Shown here piece after piece: positions 1-10,704 of a stretch of DNA of 64,000 nucleotides. The DNA lies in assembly GCA_903821745.1 (NCBI GenBank), contig CAIJMI010000003.1, positions 22,690 to 86,689 on the forward strand, written 5' to 3'. Source of the stretch: Candidatus Gottesmanbacteria bacterium. GTDB taxonomy: Bacteria > Patescibacteriota > Microgenomatia > UBA10105 > UBA927. The notes beneath the pieces are model-generated. The model was not told the DNA's origin and did not search any database. It saw only the letters and a list, made by a program, of their open reading frames with translations. Both the position numbers and the translations under genes were made by a program. How positions within the stretch are numbered: position 1 is the stretch's first letter; each line of letters begins with the position of its first letter.

Positions 1-392
1 TCACTTTGAACAAAGATTTGCGCATCAGCTTCAATGAGTTTCAACTGTTGTATCGAGGCAAGCGAAAAATATTTTTTGCCAATATCAATCATCACGTGAT
101 CAATTTCAACTCCTGTTACCAACGCTTTTGGAAACAATGTATGCAATTTCCAAATAACCGTACCTCCGGCCGTTCCAAGAATAAGGATTGTCTTCACGTC
201 TTTTCGAAAAGAAATTCCAAATGCTCCAATCGCTGCTTTCCAAAGTGTGTCAATATATGGACCAGACTGCGGTGACCCATTCACAAGCAGTTTCATCTTA
301 TCTGATTCGGAGTTGATACGAATATATGCATTAAAGGGCGTCCTATACTCTGCAATTTTTTGAGGGATAAGATACGAAAGCCAATTTTTCAT
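1..392 (-). CDS. Spermidine-synthase-like SAM-dependent methyltransferase (runs off the window edge)
   Basis: Manual translation MKNWLSYLIPQK...ILILGTAGGTV...VTGVEIDHVMIDIGKKYF...IEADA shows class I SAM motifs; ATGA overlap with the serS stop; absent from the ORF track. Confidence 0.75.
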   Translation of the reverse strand, partial: MKNWLSYLIPQKIAEYRTPFNAYIRINSESDKMKLLVNGSPQSGPYIDTLWKAAIGAFGISFRKDVKTILILGTAGGTVIWKLHTLFPKALVTGVEIDHVMIDIGKKYFSLASIQQLKLIEADAQIFVQS

Positions 393-1633
393 CGAGAAAT
401 CACTTCTTTTCCAACAAACGGAACGAGCACATCGGGAACACGAATTGATCCATCTTTTTGTTGATAATTTTCAAGTAACGGAATTAAAATGCGTGGTGAT
501 GCAACAGCGGTATTATTTAATGTATGACAATACTGTGTTTTTCCATCTTTTGTCCGATACCGAAGTTTCACACGTCGAGCCTGGAAATCACCCATTAACG
601 AATCGGACATTGTTTCTCCATATGCACCTCGTGATGGCATCCACGTTTCAATATCATATTTTTTCACCTGCGGTTCCCCCATGTCACCGGTACACATAGA
701 CATAACTCGATACGGTAGTTTTAAATCCTGAAGGATTTCTTCAGAGTTATGCAATAATTCCTCAAGTAGAGTAAGAGAATTACTCATCTCATTTGTTGAT
801 ATAATTAATTGTTCAATCTTGTTAAATTGGTGCAACCGATAAGCCCCTTTTGTATCTTTACCGTAACTCCCTGCTTCCCGTCTAAAACATGGGGAAAATG
901 CTACGAATTTTTTAGGTAAATCCATCTCCGAAAGAATTTCATCACTATAGTATGATGTCACCGGAACTTCAGCAGTCCCCGCAAGATACAAATCATCTTT
1001 TTCCAGATGATACACTTCATCACGTCCCCAAGGAAACTGTCCGTTACCAAATAACGTAAATTCCTTAACAAGTGATGGCGCCATAAGTGGGGTATATCCT
1101 TTGGAAACAAGTTTTCGAAGCGCATATTGTAAAATACCAAATTCTAGAAGCACTGCTTCATTTTTCAAAAAGTATGCACGGAATCCTCCAACTTTTGCTC
1201 CACGTTCAAAATCCATAAGGTCCAGTTTTTTTGCAAGTTCTATATGATCTTTAATACCGAAATCAAAAACTGGTTCTTTTCCCCATCGTCGCACTTCCAC
1301 GTTTCCTGAACTATCTTTTCCAATCGGAACACTTGTATCAGGAACATTTGGAACTGTCATGAGTATTGTCTGCAATTCTGCTTCCACTGATCGTTGTTCT
1401 TCTTCCAGTCCTTTGAGTGATTCTTTCAATTGTCTCCCTTCAACTTTCGCTTCTTCTGTTTGTTTTTTAGCAATTTCATTTCTTTTTGCTCGAAGATCAT
1501 CTACAGACTTTGTTAACCGACGCCATGTTTCATCGATGGCAAGGAGTTTATCCCATTCAACCACTCTATTTTTGTTTATTGCAGCTGCTTTACATTTTTC
1601 AAGATTTTCTTTTATGAAGTTAATATCTAACAT
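389..1633 (-). CDS. serS: Serine--tRNA ligase
   Basis: MLDI N-terminus, coiled coil, GTAEV, FRREAG, HTLNNT motifs. Confidence 0.97.
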   Translation of the reverse strand: MLDINFIKENLEKCKAAAINKNRVVEWDKLLAIDETWRRLTKSVDDLRAKRNEIAKKQTEEAKVEGRQLKESLKGLEEEQRSVEAELQTILMTVPNVPDTSVPIGKDSSGNVEVRRWGKEPVFDFGIKDHIELAKKLDLMDFERGAKVGGFRAYFLKNEAVLLEFGILQYALRKLVSKGYTPLMAPSLVKEFTLFGNGQFPWGRDEVYHLEKDDLYLAGTAEVPVTSYYSDEILSEMDLPKKFVAFSPCFRREAGSYGKDTKGAYRLHQFNKIEQLIISTNEMSNSLTLLEELLHNSEEILQDLKLPYRVMSMCTGDMGEPQVKKYDIETWMPSRGAYGETMSDSLMGDFQARRVKLRYRTKDGKTQYCHTLNNTAVASPRILIPLLENYQQKDGSIRVPDVLVPFVGKEVISR

Positions 1634-2241
1634 AGGATTTTTTGAATAATAGGCTTGAGTTCTTCAACAGCCTTTCTTCTATGATTATACGTTTTGTTCT
1701 CTTCTTGGGTCAATTCATCATGGTTATAAAATTTTGAAAGTTCCGGAAGATATAACAGTGACCGATATGGAAACCCTTTTCTTCTATATGAAGCAGCTTT
1801 CAGTGGAACAATACCACGCACGCTTGCTTCGCTTGTCCAGGTTTTTCCTTCAGGAGTTGCAAATGCTAACACAAGATGCAGTTGTGCACCACGCTTATCA
1901 AGCGGAATATCTTTTAACCGAAACAGCGCATATTGAATCAATTCCTCATCTTCATCTTCAGCATCCTCATGAATCCATCTGTGCGATTTCACTCCTGGTT
2001 CACCATTTAATGCATCAATCTCAAATCCACCATCATCGGCAATTGTTGGAAGACCGGATAATTTTGCATAATACATAGCTTTTAAAATTGCATTTTCTTC
2101 AAATGTTTTTCCCGTTTCTTCAACGTTTATAGTTATGCCCACGTCTTTCAAACTTACCAGGATTAACGGAAGATCTGATAAAAATTCTTGAAGTTCTGCA
2201 AGTTTCCCAGGATTTGTCGTCGCAACAAGAAGCGTTTTCAT
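1627..2241 (-). CDS. rdgB: Non-canonical purine NTP pyrophosphatase (HAM1/RdgB family)
   Basis: ATTNPGK, ETGKTFEENAILKA, ADDGG, ALNGEPGV; C-terminal NHR instead of SHR. Confidence 0.88.
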   Translation of the reverse strand: MKTLLVATTNPGKLAELQEFLSDLPLILVSLKDVGITINVEETGKTFEENAILKAMYYAKLSGLPTIADDGGFEIDALNGEPGVKSHRWIHEDAEDEDEELIQYALFRLKDIPLDKRGAQLHLVLAFATPEGKTWTSEASVRGIVPLKAASYRRKGFPYRSLLYLPELSKFYNHDELTQEENKTYNHRRKAVEELKPIIQKILC

Positions 2242-3695
2242 TGTTGCTCCGGTCGAAGGGTTGGAAAAAGAATAACGTCTTTGATTGATTTTTGATCTTC
2301 TAAAATGGTGAGCAATCGATCAATTCCCATTCCCCATCCTGCAGTTGGTGGCATACCGTATTCGAGGGCGCGAATATAATCCGCATCAAATGATTCAAAT
2401 TCTTCCTGCCCGCGTTTCCCTAATTCCTCTGATTCTCTCCATCGCGCTGCCTGATCTTGCGGGTCATTTAATTCATTGTAGGCATTAAGTAATTCTTCAC
2501 CCATTACAAGAAGCTGAAATGACGCTGTAAACCGTGGATCTTCAGGAAGCCGTTTGGCAAGTGTAACAAACGCTGTTGGTCGCTTTGTCAAGTATAATGG
2601 GCCAATTAATTTTGGTCGTACTGCTACTTTGTACATTGCATCCAATAGCGCCCCGTATCCAATTGCATCATTTGTATCCAATTTAATATTTTTTTCTTTA
2701 ATCGCAGCAAGTAGCTTTTTTTCATCATCCGCTATTTGGATATCAATTCCCGTATGCTCCAAAACAGCATCACGATAGGAAATTCTCGGCCAGGGAGGTG
2801 CAAAATCTAATTCCGTTCCTTGATATGAAATTTTTGTTGTTCCTTTTATTTCTTTTATGAGGCTGCTTATCATTTTTTCCGTATAATTCATTAAGTCTTC
2901 ATAGGTTGCATACGCCCAATAAAATTCAAGCATTGTGAATTCTGGATTATGTTGTCTACTCATGCCTTCATTCCGAAAATCTTTCCCAATTTCATACACC
3001 TTTTCGAATCCACCGACAATTAATCGTTTTAAATACAGCTCTACTGCGATACGCAGATATAAATCGCAATCAAGGGCATTGTGGTGCGTCACAAATGGCT
3101 TTGCGGATGCACCGCCATACAATGGTTGCAATACGGGAGTTTCCACTTCCATAAATCCATCTTTATTCAAAAAATTTCGTAAAAAGGTAATGACTTTTGC
3201 CCGGGTTTCAAAGACTTTTTTTACGTCTTTGTTCATAACAAGGTCAACATACCGTTGACGATATCGATCTTCAACATCGGTAAGTCCACTCCATTCATTC
3301 GGTAGTGGTCGTAATGATTTTGACAATAGTCGTGCTGTTTTTCCGAAGACTGACACTTCGCCAGCCTGCGTTTTTCCCACTTCCCCAGTCACTGCGATAA
3401 AATCGCCCATATCAAATAATTCAATAAGTGAAAAAGATGAGGCTTCCATAACGTCAGCCTTGCAAACCACCTGCATACGATCTGTCGTATCACGAAGATC
3501 TAAAAAGAAAATTTTGCCATGACCGCGAATTGCCATTATTCGACCGGCAATGGTTACTGTGTTTCCATCCTTTTTTCGGGCCTCAACTACAGCGATCTTT
3601 TCCCCTGTTTCCGGTGGATAGGCTGTCACACCACGATCAGATAACTTTTTGAGCTTTTCGAGTCGGGATTTTCGAAGTTCGTCAAGTGTTGGCAT
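2238..3695 (-). CDS. lysS: Lysine--tRNA ligase, class II
   Basis: RYRQRYVDL, YLRIAVELYLKRL, FRNEG, HNPEFTMLE, YGMPPTAGWGMGIDR. Confidence 0.97.
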   Translation of the reverse strand: MPTLDELRKSRLEKLKKLSDRGVTAYPPETGEKIAVVEARKKDGNTVTIAGRIMAIRGHGKIFFLDLRDTTDRMQVVCKADVMEASSFSLIELFDMGDFIAVTGEVGKTQAGEVSVFGKTARLLSKSLRPLPNEWSGLTDVEDRYRQRYVDLVMNKDVKKVFETRAKVITFLRNFLNKDGFMEVETPVLQPLYGGASAKPFVTHHNALDCDLYLRIAVELYLKRLIVGGFEKVYEIGKDFRNEGMSRQHNPEFTMLEFYWAYATYEDLMNYTEKMISSLIKEIKGTTKISYQGTELDFAPPWPRISYRDAVLEHTGIDIQIADDEKKLLAAIKEKNIKLDTNDAIGYGALLDAMYKVAVRPKLIGPLYLTKRPTAFVTLAKRLPEDPRFTASFQLLVMGEELLNAYNELNDPQDQAARWRESEELGKRGQEEFESFDADYIRALEYGMPPTAGWGMGIDRLLTILEDQKSIKDVILFPTLRPEQQ

Positions 3696-3735
3696 ATATG
3701 CTTTATTCTATCACAAAAATATGCTCAGCTCGTTG

Positions 3736-4191
3736 TTATTCAATTGAAAGAATTTTGTAGAGAACTTTTCCTGCTGGGGCTTCTACTTCTGCAGTATCTC
3801 CGGCTTTCTTCCCCATCAATGCTTTTCCAAGTGGTGAAGAATGTGAGATCTTTTTATTCATTGGATCCGCTTCCCATTCTCCCACTAAATGAAATATATC
3901 CTTTTTGCCATTGACATGGAGTGTCACTTTCGATCCTACATCAATATGTGATTTTCCATGATTGGAAATCACTTTTGCTCCGTGTAAAATTTCTTCAAGT
4001 TCTGAAATTCTTCCATCAATGAAAGAAAGATCTTGTTTTGCATCAGCGTATTCACTATTTTCAGATAAATCTCCATTATCACGAGCATCAGAAAGCCGAA
4101 CTACAGCAATAGGACGTTTAGTGTTCACCAATTCGTCATATTCCTTTTTCAATTCATCTAATCCTTCTTTGGTCAATAATTGTCTATCCAT
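3736..4191 (-). CDS. greA: Transcription elongation factor GreA
   Basis: GDLSENSEY, ISHSSPLGKALMG; greA-lysS synteny. Confidence 0.95.
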   Translation of the reverse strand: MDRQLLTKEGLDELKKEYDELVNTKRPIAVVRLSDARDNGDLSENSEYADAKQDLSFIDGRISELEEILHGAKVISNHGKSHIDVGSKVTLHVNGKKDIFHLVGEWEADPMNKKISHSSPLGKALMGKKAGDTAEVEAPAGKVLYKILSIE

Positions 4192-4288
4192 ATACGCTCA
4201 CCTTCAAAAAAACTTCCTTCAGTCATTTATAAACGTTTGGCTTGGGAAGCAATAAATTTTGTGTCTTGCATGTCGGACACAAGGGTAA

Positions 4289-4317
4289 AGTTTACTCAAC
4301 TCTTCTTGTGATGTCAA
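4289..4317 (-). promoter_or_regulatory. Sigma70-type promoter for greA
   Basis: TTGACA-17 nt-TAAACT on the minus strand. Confidence 0.6.
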
Positions 4318-4346
4318 GTGCTTATTGATACAATGAAACGTGCTTT

Positions 4347-4420
4347 GCCCCCATCGTCTAGCGGTCTAGGACGACGCCTTCTCAAGGCGTAGATCGCCGG
4401 TCCGAATCCGGCTGGGGGTA
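4347..4420 (+). tRNA. tRNA-Glu(CTC), no encoded CCA
   Basis: Acceptor GCCCCCA/TGGGGGT, anticodon arm ACGCC-TTCTCAA-GGCGT, T arm GCCGG-TCCGAAT-CCGGC. Confidence 0.93.
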
Positions 4421-4462
4421 CTTCAGTTTTTCCCACAACACTTATGCTACAATTTCCCATAT

Positions 4463-5404
4463 ATGAATAGGGCAGGACGAAGACAAACAGCTCAATCCTT
4501 TTTTTTAAAATTAATTTTTTTTGTTCTCGTTATAGCTGGCACATTTCTGGTATTCATGCGACTTTTTCCTAAACAAAAAAGTATCTCGCCGCTTGCAGAA
4601 GAACCAACAGCATCCGCGACATCTAAAACAATTCTTTCCGTATTTTCAAAAAAGAGAAATCCTGACGATCTCAAACAATTGATTAAAGAAACCGTCGGTT
4701 TGACCTGGAAAAATTATTCTATTCTTGTTGTTGATACCGCTTCCGATTTCAAAATGGGTATCAATGAGGAAGAAATATTTACTGGTGCATCTGTCAATAA
4801 AATTCCTATTCTTGCAGCATTGTATACAAAAGTACAATCAGGGGATATTAATCTTGATAAAGTCATTACACTTCAACAAGACGATATCCAAGATTATGGC
4901 ACAGGTTCAATGCGCTATGACGGACCAGGAACTACTTATTCCATTAAAACTCTTGCGAAATTAATGATGCAACAGAGCGACAATACTGCGGCATATATTA
5001 TTGCAAATCAAATTGTGGGTATGGACAAAATCCAATCACTTCTTGATACTTGGGGCATGACACAAACAGATATGATTAACAATAAAACATCAAATACGGA
5101 TATAGCTGCAATTATGAAAAAAATATATGAGGGAAACGTTGCAAATGTCGCCTACACAAAAGAGATGCTCACTTTCTTCAAAGATGGAGAATTTGAAGAT
5201 AGACTTCCAGGACTGCTGCCAAAAGACGTTGTTGTATACCATAAAATAGGTACAGAAATTGGTGTTATGCATGATGTTGGCATTGTTGTCGGACCAACAA
5301 CAAAATATTATGTCGGTATTATGACCAGCGATATTACTGATGAAAAGGAAGCAATAGCATTAATGGCCAAAACTTCAAAGGTGATCTACGACTTCATGAA
5401 GTGA
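4463..5404 (+). CDS. Membrane-anchored serine hydrolase, class A beta-lactamase-like fold
   Basis: N-terminal TM helix; ASVNK (SxxK), SDN and HKIG motifs. Confidence 0.85.
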   Translation: MNRAGRRQTAQSFFLKLIFFVLVIAGTFLVFMRLFPKQKSISPLAEEPTASATSKTILSVFSKKRNPDDLKQLIKETVGLTWKNYSILVVDTASDFKMGINEEEIFTGASVNKIPILAALYTKVQSGDINLDKVITLQQDDIQDYGTGSMRYDGPGTTYSIKTLAKLMMQQSDNTAAYIIANQIVGMDKIQSLLDTWGMTQTDMINNKTSNTDIAAIMKKIYEGNVANVAYTKEMLTFFKDGEFEDRLPGLLPKDVVVYHKIGTEIGVMHDVGIVVGPTTKYYVGIMTSDITDEKEAIALMAKTSKVIYDFMK

Positions 5405-5406
5405 AA

Positions 5407-7812
5407 TTATTTCTTCAAAATCTTTTTCTTTAAGGCAAATCCCAAGACTTCATCCATATGGTCAACAAAATGGAACGTTAAATCTTTTGTGACTTCTGGT
5501 GGAATATCTTCTAAATCTTTTTTGTTGTTCTTTGGTAAAATAACGGTTCGAATACCAGCTCTATGTGCAGCAATCACTTTTTCTTTTACTCCACCAATCT
5601 CCATGACCCGTCCACGAAGTGTAATTTCTCCTGTCATTGACACTGCCCGTCTTGCTGGAATCTTCGTAAAAGCAGATACAATGGCTGTTGCAATCGCAGC
5701 ACCAGCTGATGGTCCATCTTTCGGTACTGCGCCTTCCGGAACATGAACGTGCACATCTACTTTCTGGAAAAACTTTTCTAGTAACCCAAATGTCTTATAT
5801 CTGCTTCTCACATAGGACATGGCAGCAGTTGCTGATTCTTTCATAACATCGCCAAGTTGCCCCGTAAGAATCAGTCCTCCCCGACCAGGCATGAGAGCAA
5901 CTTCAATAAATAAAATTTCCCCACCTGCTTCTGTCCATGCCATACCTGTTGCCATTCCAACTTCATCTTTTGTTTCTGCAAGCATGGAACTTACCTTCCA
6001 TGGACCTAAATAGTCTGATAATTCATTTGCAGTTATAATTACATGTTTTCGCTTGGATAAGTCCACATCTGCAATTTTTCTTGCAATTTTTCGATATAAT
6101 GTCGCAACCTGTCGCTCTAGACTGCGAACTCCTGCTTCCCGCGTATATTTTCGTATAACATCGAGGATTGCATCATCCGTTAATTCCACTAATTTTTCTG
6201 GAATCCCATTGATTTGTCGTTGCTTCTCAAGTAAAAAGTCCTTCACAATATGAAACTTCTCTACTTCCGTGTATCCCGCAAAATGGATGATTTCCAACCG
6301 ATCACGAAGTGCTGGTGGAATAGTATCAAGAACGTTACAGGTCGTAATAAAGAAAACGTCTGATAAATCAAACGACACATCAAGATAATGATCGGAAAAT
6401 GCGTAGTTTTGTTCCGGATCCAATGCTTCCAGGAGAGCGCTTGATGGATCGCCCCGAAAATCTGCTCCGACTTTATCAATTTCATCAAGCATAAACACGG
6501 GGTTTTTCGTTCCAGCCTGTTTGATTCCTTGAATGATACGTCCTGGTAAAGCCCCTACATAGGTTCTTCGGTGTCCACGAATTTCTGCCTCATCACGAAT
6601 TCCTCCAAGAGACATTTTGACAAATTTTCTCCCCAAGGATCTTGCAATTGATTTTCCAATTGAGGTCTTTCCAACACCTGGAGGACCAACAAAACAAAGA
6701 ATCGTTGGAGAAGATTTTCCTTTGTGTTTCGATTCTTTGTTTACTGATTTCTTTTCTACGATCTCTTCTGGATTTTCGATATTGCGCAGTTTTAAGACAG
6801 CCAAATACTCCAAGATTCGCTCTTTAATCTTATCGAGTCCATAATGATCTTCATTTAAAACTGCGGCTGCATCAGTAATATTGACGTTATTAGGGCTTGC
6901 AACATCCCATGGTAATTCAACTAGTGTATCAAGATACGTTCGAACATAGGATGTTTCCGGATTATATTGAGACATTTGTGCAAGACGGGACAATTCTTTT
7001 TCCGCTTTCTTTCGAACGTCTTCTGGCATGCCTGCTTTTTTAATTTTGTCAGCCAGCTCTTTCATATCTTTATTTTCATCCGTATCTCCAAGTTCTTTTT
7101 CAATAGTCTTAATCCGTTCTCGAAGTACTTGTTCTTTAATATTCTTGTCAAATTTTTCTTGGGTTTTGTTGGCAATATTCTGTTCAAGCTCCGATACTTT
7201 CACTTCTTTAGCAATATAATATGTTTCTTTCGAAAACCGTTCTTTAATTGAGGAAATCTCAAGAAGCTCTTGCCGTTGGCTTGGTTTTAAGTCCAAAATA
7301 CTAGCAATCTGATAGGAAAGCGTCAATGGCGATGTTCCTGACATAATATTCATAAACGTCAAAAAGTCAATGGTCTTTCCCAATTTCACTGCCAGTTTTA
7401 ACTGACTTGCAAGATGATTTGATAATGCTTTGGTTTCTTCATCCTCTTCAATAGTGTCAGTTGTCTCGTATGCCCGTGCTACAAAAAACGGTTCGACGGC
7501 TTCATAAGATGTAATCTCAACTTTCGCGATACCTCGAACTAATGCATTAATCTCACCTTCATTTTTCATCATCTGAACGATCTCCCCGACCACCCCAATT
7601 TGGTAAAGATCTGAAGGAACCGGGTCATTGATGTTCTGATTTCGCTGCATGACAAAAATGACTTTCTTCCCCGTATTTTGCGCCGCTTCAATTGAGGCAA
7701 CTGACCGCTGCCGGCCAAAGGTTAAAATCATTTCAGTACTAGGAAATACTATGCCGTCCCGGATTGGTACAACGGGAAGAAGGTGTTCTTTTGATTGAAA
7801 TAAATCTGCCAT
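5407..7812 (-). CDS. lon: ATP-dependent protease Lon
   Basis: [30 protein letters not shown]; start placed at MADLF (the track extends to 7845). Confidence 0.97.
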   Translation of the reverse strand: MADLFQSKEHLLPVVPIRDGIVFPSTEMILTFGRQRSVASIEAAQNTGKKVIFVMQRNQNINDPVPSDLYQIGVVGEIVQMMKNEGEINALVRGIAKVEITSYEAVEPFFVARAYETTDTIEEDEETKALSNHLASQLKLAVKLGKTIDFLTFMNIMSGTSPLTLSYQIASILDLKPSQRQELLEISSIKERFSKETYYIAKEVKVSELEQNIANKTQEKFDKNIKEQVLRERIKTIEKELGDTDENKDMKELADKIKKAGMPEDVRKKAEKELSRLAQMSQYNPETSYVRTYLDTLVELPWDVASPNNVNITDAAAVLNEDHYGLDKIKERILEYLAVLKLRNIENPEEIVEKKSVNKESKHKGKSSPTILCFVGPPGVGKTSIGKSIARSLGRKFVKMSLGGIRDEAEIRGHRRTYVGALPGRIIQGIKQAGTKNPVFMLDEIDKVGADFRGDPSSALLEALDPEQNYAFSDHYLDVSFDLSDVFFITTCNVLDTIPPALRDRLEIIHFAGYTEVEKFHIVKDFLLEKQRQINGIPEKLVELTDDAILDVIRKYTREAGVRSLERQVATLYRKIARKIADVDLSKRKHVIITANELSDYLGPWKVSSMLAETKDEVGMATGMAWTEAGGEILFIEVALMPGRGGLILTGQLGDVMKESATAAMSYVRSRYKTFGLLEKFFQKVDVHVHVPEGAVPKDGPSAGAAIATAIVSAFTKIPARRAVSMTGEITLRGRVMEIGGVKEKVIAAHRAGIRTVILPKNNKKDLEDIPPEVTKDLTFHFVDHMDEVLGFALKKKILKK

Positions 7813-7865
7813 ATGCATCACTCTATTAGCAGTCAAGTATATCAACTGCTAAGATCCCTGTCAAC

Positions 7866-8720
7866 CTATTGAAATTGACTTAACAGTTCAAGCGTATCGA
7901 CCGAGACAGTGGGCAGTAAACTCAGAGGGCCATTTTTAAGCACAATTTCCCGATCTTCACTCGTATTTTCAACCCGTTTATGAAGGACACCAATGGGGAT
8001 TTTTTCACCAAACGTACTGGCAAGTTCAATTGATTGCTTCTTATCGCCCAAACTTTCCTCAGAAATGTTCACTTTTTGTATTCGTTCCCGATACCACTGA
8101 TAGGTATGAATTTTATCAAACGTTACGCATGGTTGAAGCATATCAACAACAGAAAAGCCCTTGTGTATTATTGCCGCTCTGATAAGTTCTGCAAGAAACG
8201 GAATATCTCCCGTAAATCCCCTCGCTGCAAACGTAGCGCCTGCAAAAATACCCAGTGACGATGGGGTAAATGGTGGGTCAACAACACCCGTTGGTGTTGA
8301 TTTCGTCACCATCCCAATTTGCGCTGTTGGAGAGGCCTGACCGGTGGTCAACCCATATACCTCATTGTTGTGGACAAGGACGGTAATATTCGGATTCCGC
8401 TTAGCTGCATGAATAAAATGATTGCCGCCTTCACCGAGGCAGTCACCATCCCCTGTAATTGCGATAACCGTTAAGTTTGGATTAGCAAGCTTAATGCCTT
8501 GCGCTACCGGTAATGCTCTTCCATGCAGGCCTTCAACCCCGTATACATTCATCCAATCACGCATATTTCCATGACAGCCAACTCCATAGACAATAACAAT
8601 ATTTTCCCGAGGGATGGCCAGTTTGGTTAACGCATTTTTGAGCGCCATCCAAATACCAAAGTTTCCACACCCTGGACACCAGGTTGGTTTCGTTGCAGTT
8701 AAAAATTGATCTTCCTTCAT
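7866..8720 (-). CDS. 2-oxoacid:ferredoxin oxidoreductase beta subunit
   Basis: WCPGCG, LHGRALP, GDGD...NN TPP motif, YGLTTGQASPT. Confidence 0.95.
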   Translation of the reverse strand: MKEDQFLTATKPTWCPGCGNFGIWMALKNALTKLAIPRENIVIVYGVGCHGNMRDWMNVYGVEGLHGRALPVAQGIKLANPNLTVIAITGDGDCLGEGGNHFIHAAKRNPNITVLVHNNEVYGLTTGQASPTAQIGMVTKSTPTGVVDPPFTPSSLGIFAGATFAARGFTGDIPFLAELIRAAIIHKGFSVVDMLQPCVTFDKIHTYQWYRERIQKVNISEESLGDKKQSIELASTFGEKIPIGVLHKRVENTSEDREIVLKNGPLSLLPTVSVDTLELLSQFQ

Positions 8721-10441
8721 TTCATTCCTTTCGCGCGTTCAATAATTTCTTCTGTTGTCCATTGTCTTCCATCATATTTCAACCACTTCTCGGCAATTGT
8801 CACTCCTGTTGCTTCACGAATGAGTGAGGCCAATTGTCCGGTGGCATTTTGTTCAATCGAAATGAGACGTTTTTCTTTTTCCAAGAGTTGTTTTATTGTT
8901 TCTTCAACCATTGGGTATACCCAAGAGAAATGAATAAGTTTTACTTTTATCCCAGTTTCTTTCACTGTTTGCATTGCATCAAGTACAACTCCTTTTAACG
9001 ATCCAAATGCTACGAACGTTATATCCGCGTTTTCTTCTCCATACACGGTTGGCGGAGGAATAATTGCCTGAATGGCTTTCATTTTGTATAACCGTTTTTC
9101 AACCATTGTTTTTCTCATGCCTGATTCTTCCGTTGTATAGCCATACTCATCATGCTCGTAAGAATTTGCAATATATTCATGATCCTTTTGTCCTGGAAAA
9201 CTTCGTTTTGAAATGCCGCTTTGTGTCGATCGGTCATACCGTTTAAATGGTAGAGCGTCCGTATCCGCATGTATCTCCCCTTTTGTCTGAGTTTTTAATA
9301 CTTCCCGAGGAAGTTGCCATAACGTTTCATTGATATATTTATCAGTTAACAAAAAAATCGGAGTTTGAAACTGTTCAGCAAGGTCAAATGCAGTTTTGGC
9401 TAGGGTATATGACTCTTCGACATCACCGGGAGCAAGAATAATGCGAGGAAATTCTCCATGTCCTGCATGTAATACCATATGAAGCTCTCCTTGTTCTGTC
9501 CATGTTGGCATACCCGTTGCTGGTCCTGGCCGCATACCAAGATCAATGACTACTGGAACTTCCATGACGCCCGCCATGGATACTGCTTCCACCATTAAAG
9601 CAAATCCACCACCTGATGTTGCCACCATGCTTCTTGCACCGGCAAGCGAGGCGCCAATTGCCATATTTATGCCCGCTATCTCATCTTCCGGTTGTTTATA
9701 CACAATCCCAAGTTCTGTTGCGTGATCTGCAAATAATGGAATAAGGGCATTAATTGGAGTCATCGGATAAATTGCAGCAAACTTCATTCCTCCAGCGAGA
9801 GATCCGAGTGCGACTGCTTCACTTGCATTCATCACAAGTTGTGGTTCTTTTATGATTCCTTCACTAATATTCTGGTCATGTAACGCTTCAAAATGATCTT
9901 TAACGTAGGTGTAACCGAGAGTTGCGATATCAATATTTTCAGTAACTATTGCTTCTCCCTTTCCTTTGAATTGATCTTGAATGACGTGGGTTAATAACGA
10001 GATGTCTTTACCAAGCAAAAACATGCTTACTCCAAGAGCAATAGTGTTTCGCATTACTGCGTCACCGTTTTTCTGTTTCAAAAGTTCCGAAAATGGAATG
10101 GAAATAAGCGTAATAGGATGATTAAACTCTTCCTGTTTCCATGCATAATCTTTTTCATCATATACAACGTATGCATTTAGATCTAAATCACTTTTGTGCA
10201 GATCTATCGTTTCTTTATTCAATGCAATTAATATATGTATAGATTTTTTTGGCGCATGAACTGTTGCGGTTGTAATCCTTACAGAAACAAAATTATGCCC
10301 TCCACGGATTAACGAAGGATACTCGTTGCTTGCGATGACTCCATATCCTGCTCTTGAAAATGTTTTTGCAAGCATCGTACCAGAAGACATAATTCCAAAT
10401 CCAGCTTCTCCACCAATTGCCCATGTAATATCTGTTTTCAT
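8717..10441 (-). CDS. 2-oxoacid:ferredoxin oxidoreductase alpha subunit (gamma-alpha fusion)
   Basis: GGEAGFG, IRGGHN, YPMTP, EDEIAG, ATSGGGF, RPGPATGMPT; start trimmed to MKTDITW. Confidence 0.95.
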   Translation of the reverse strand: MKTDITWAIGGEAGFGIMSSGTMLAKTFSRAGYGVIASNEYPSLIRGGHNFVSVRITTATVHAPKKSIHILIALNKETIDLHKSDLDLNAYVVYDEKDYAWKQEEFNHPITLISIPFSELLKQKNGDAVMRNTIALGVSMFLLGKDISLLTHVIQDQFKGKGEAIVTENIDIATLGYTYVKDHFEALHDQNISEGIIKEPQLVMNASEAVALGSLAGGMKFAAIYPMTPINALIPLFADHATELGIVYKQPEDEIAGINMAIGASLAGARSMVATSGGGFALMVEAVSMAGVMEVPVVIDLGMRPGPATGMPTWTEQGELHMVLHAGHGEFPRIILAPGDVEESYTLAKTAFDLAEQFQTPIFLLTDKYINETLWQLPREVLKTQTKGEIHADTDALPFKRYDRSTQSGISKRSFPGQKDHEYIANSYEHDEYGYTTEESGMRKTMVEKRLYKMKAIQAIIPPPTVYGEENADITFVAFGSLKGVVLDAMQTVKETGIKVKLIHFSWVYPMVEETIKQLLEKEKRLISIEQNATGQLASLIREATGVTIAEKWLKYDGRQWTTEEIIERAKGMK

Positions 10442-10442
10442 A

Positions 10443-10697
10443 TTATGGAAAAATTTGTTTTCCCGTTGCGTCTTTAATTGTAATTGCCATGACCGGACAT
10501 CCTTTTGCTGCATCAAGAAGGGCTTGATCTGTTTCCTCTCCAGCTGTTGGAAGAAGTATCGCTTTTGCTTCACTGTCTAAGGCATATGCCCGCGGAGCAA
10601 GGGCTACACAGGTTGCTGCTCCAATACAAAGTGCACGATCAATTGTGATTGTATAAGAACGAATGGTTTGTCCTGTTTGGGGTGTATGTGTTTCCAT
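10443..10697 (-). CDS. Single-cluster ferredoxin (3Fe-4S type)
   Basis: CIGAATC...CP; the second Cys is replaced by Ala. Confidence 0.88.
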   Translation of the reverse strand: METHTPQTGQTIRSYTITIDRALCIGAATCVALAPRAYALDSEAKAILLPTAGEETDQALLDAAKGCPVMAITIKDATGKQIFP

Positions 10698-10704
10698 ATA
10701 CGTA

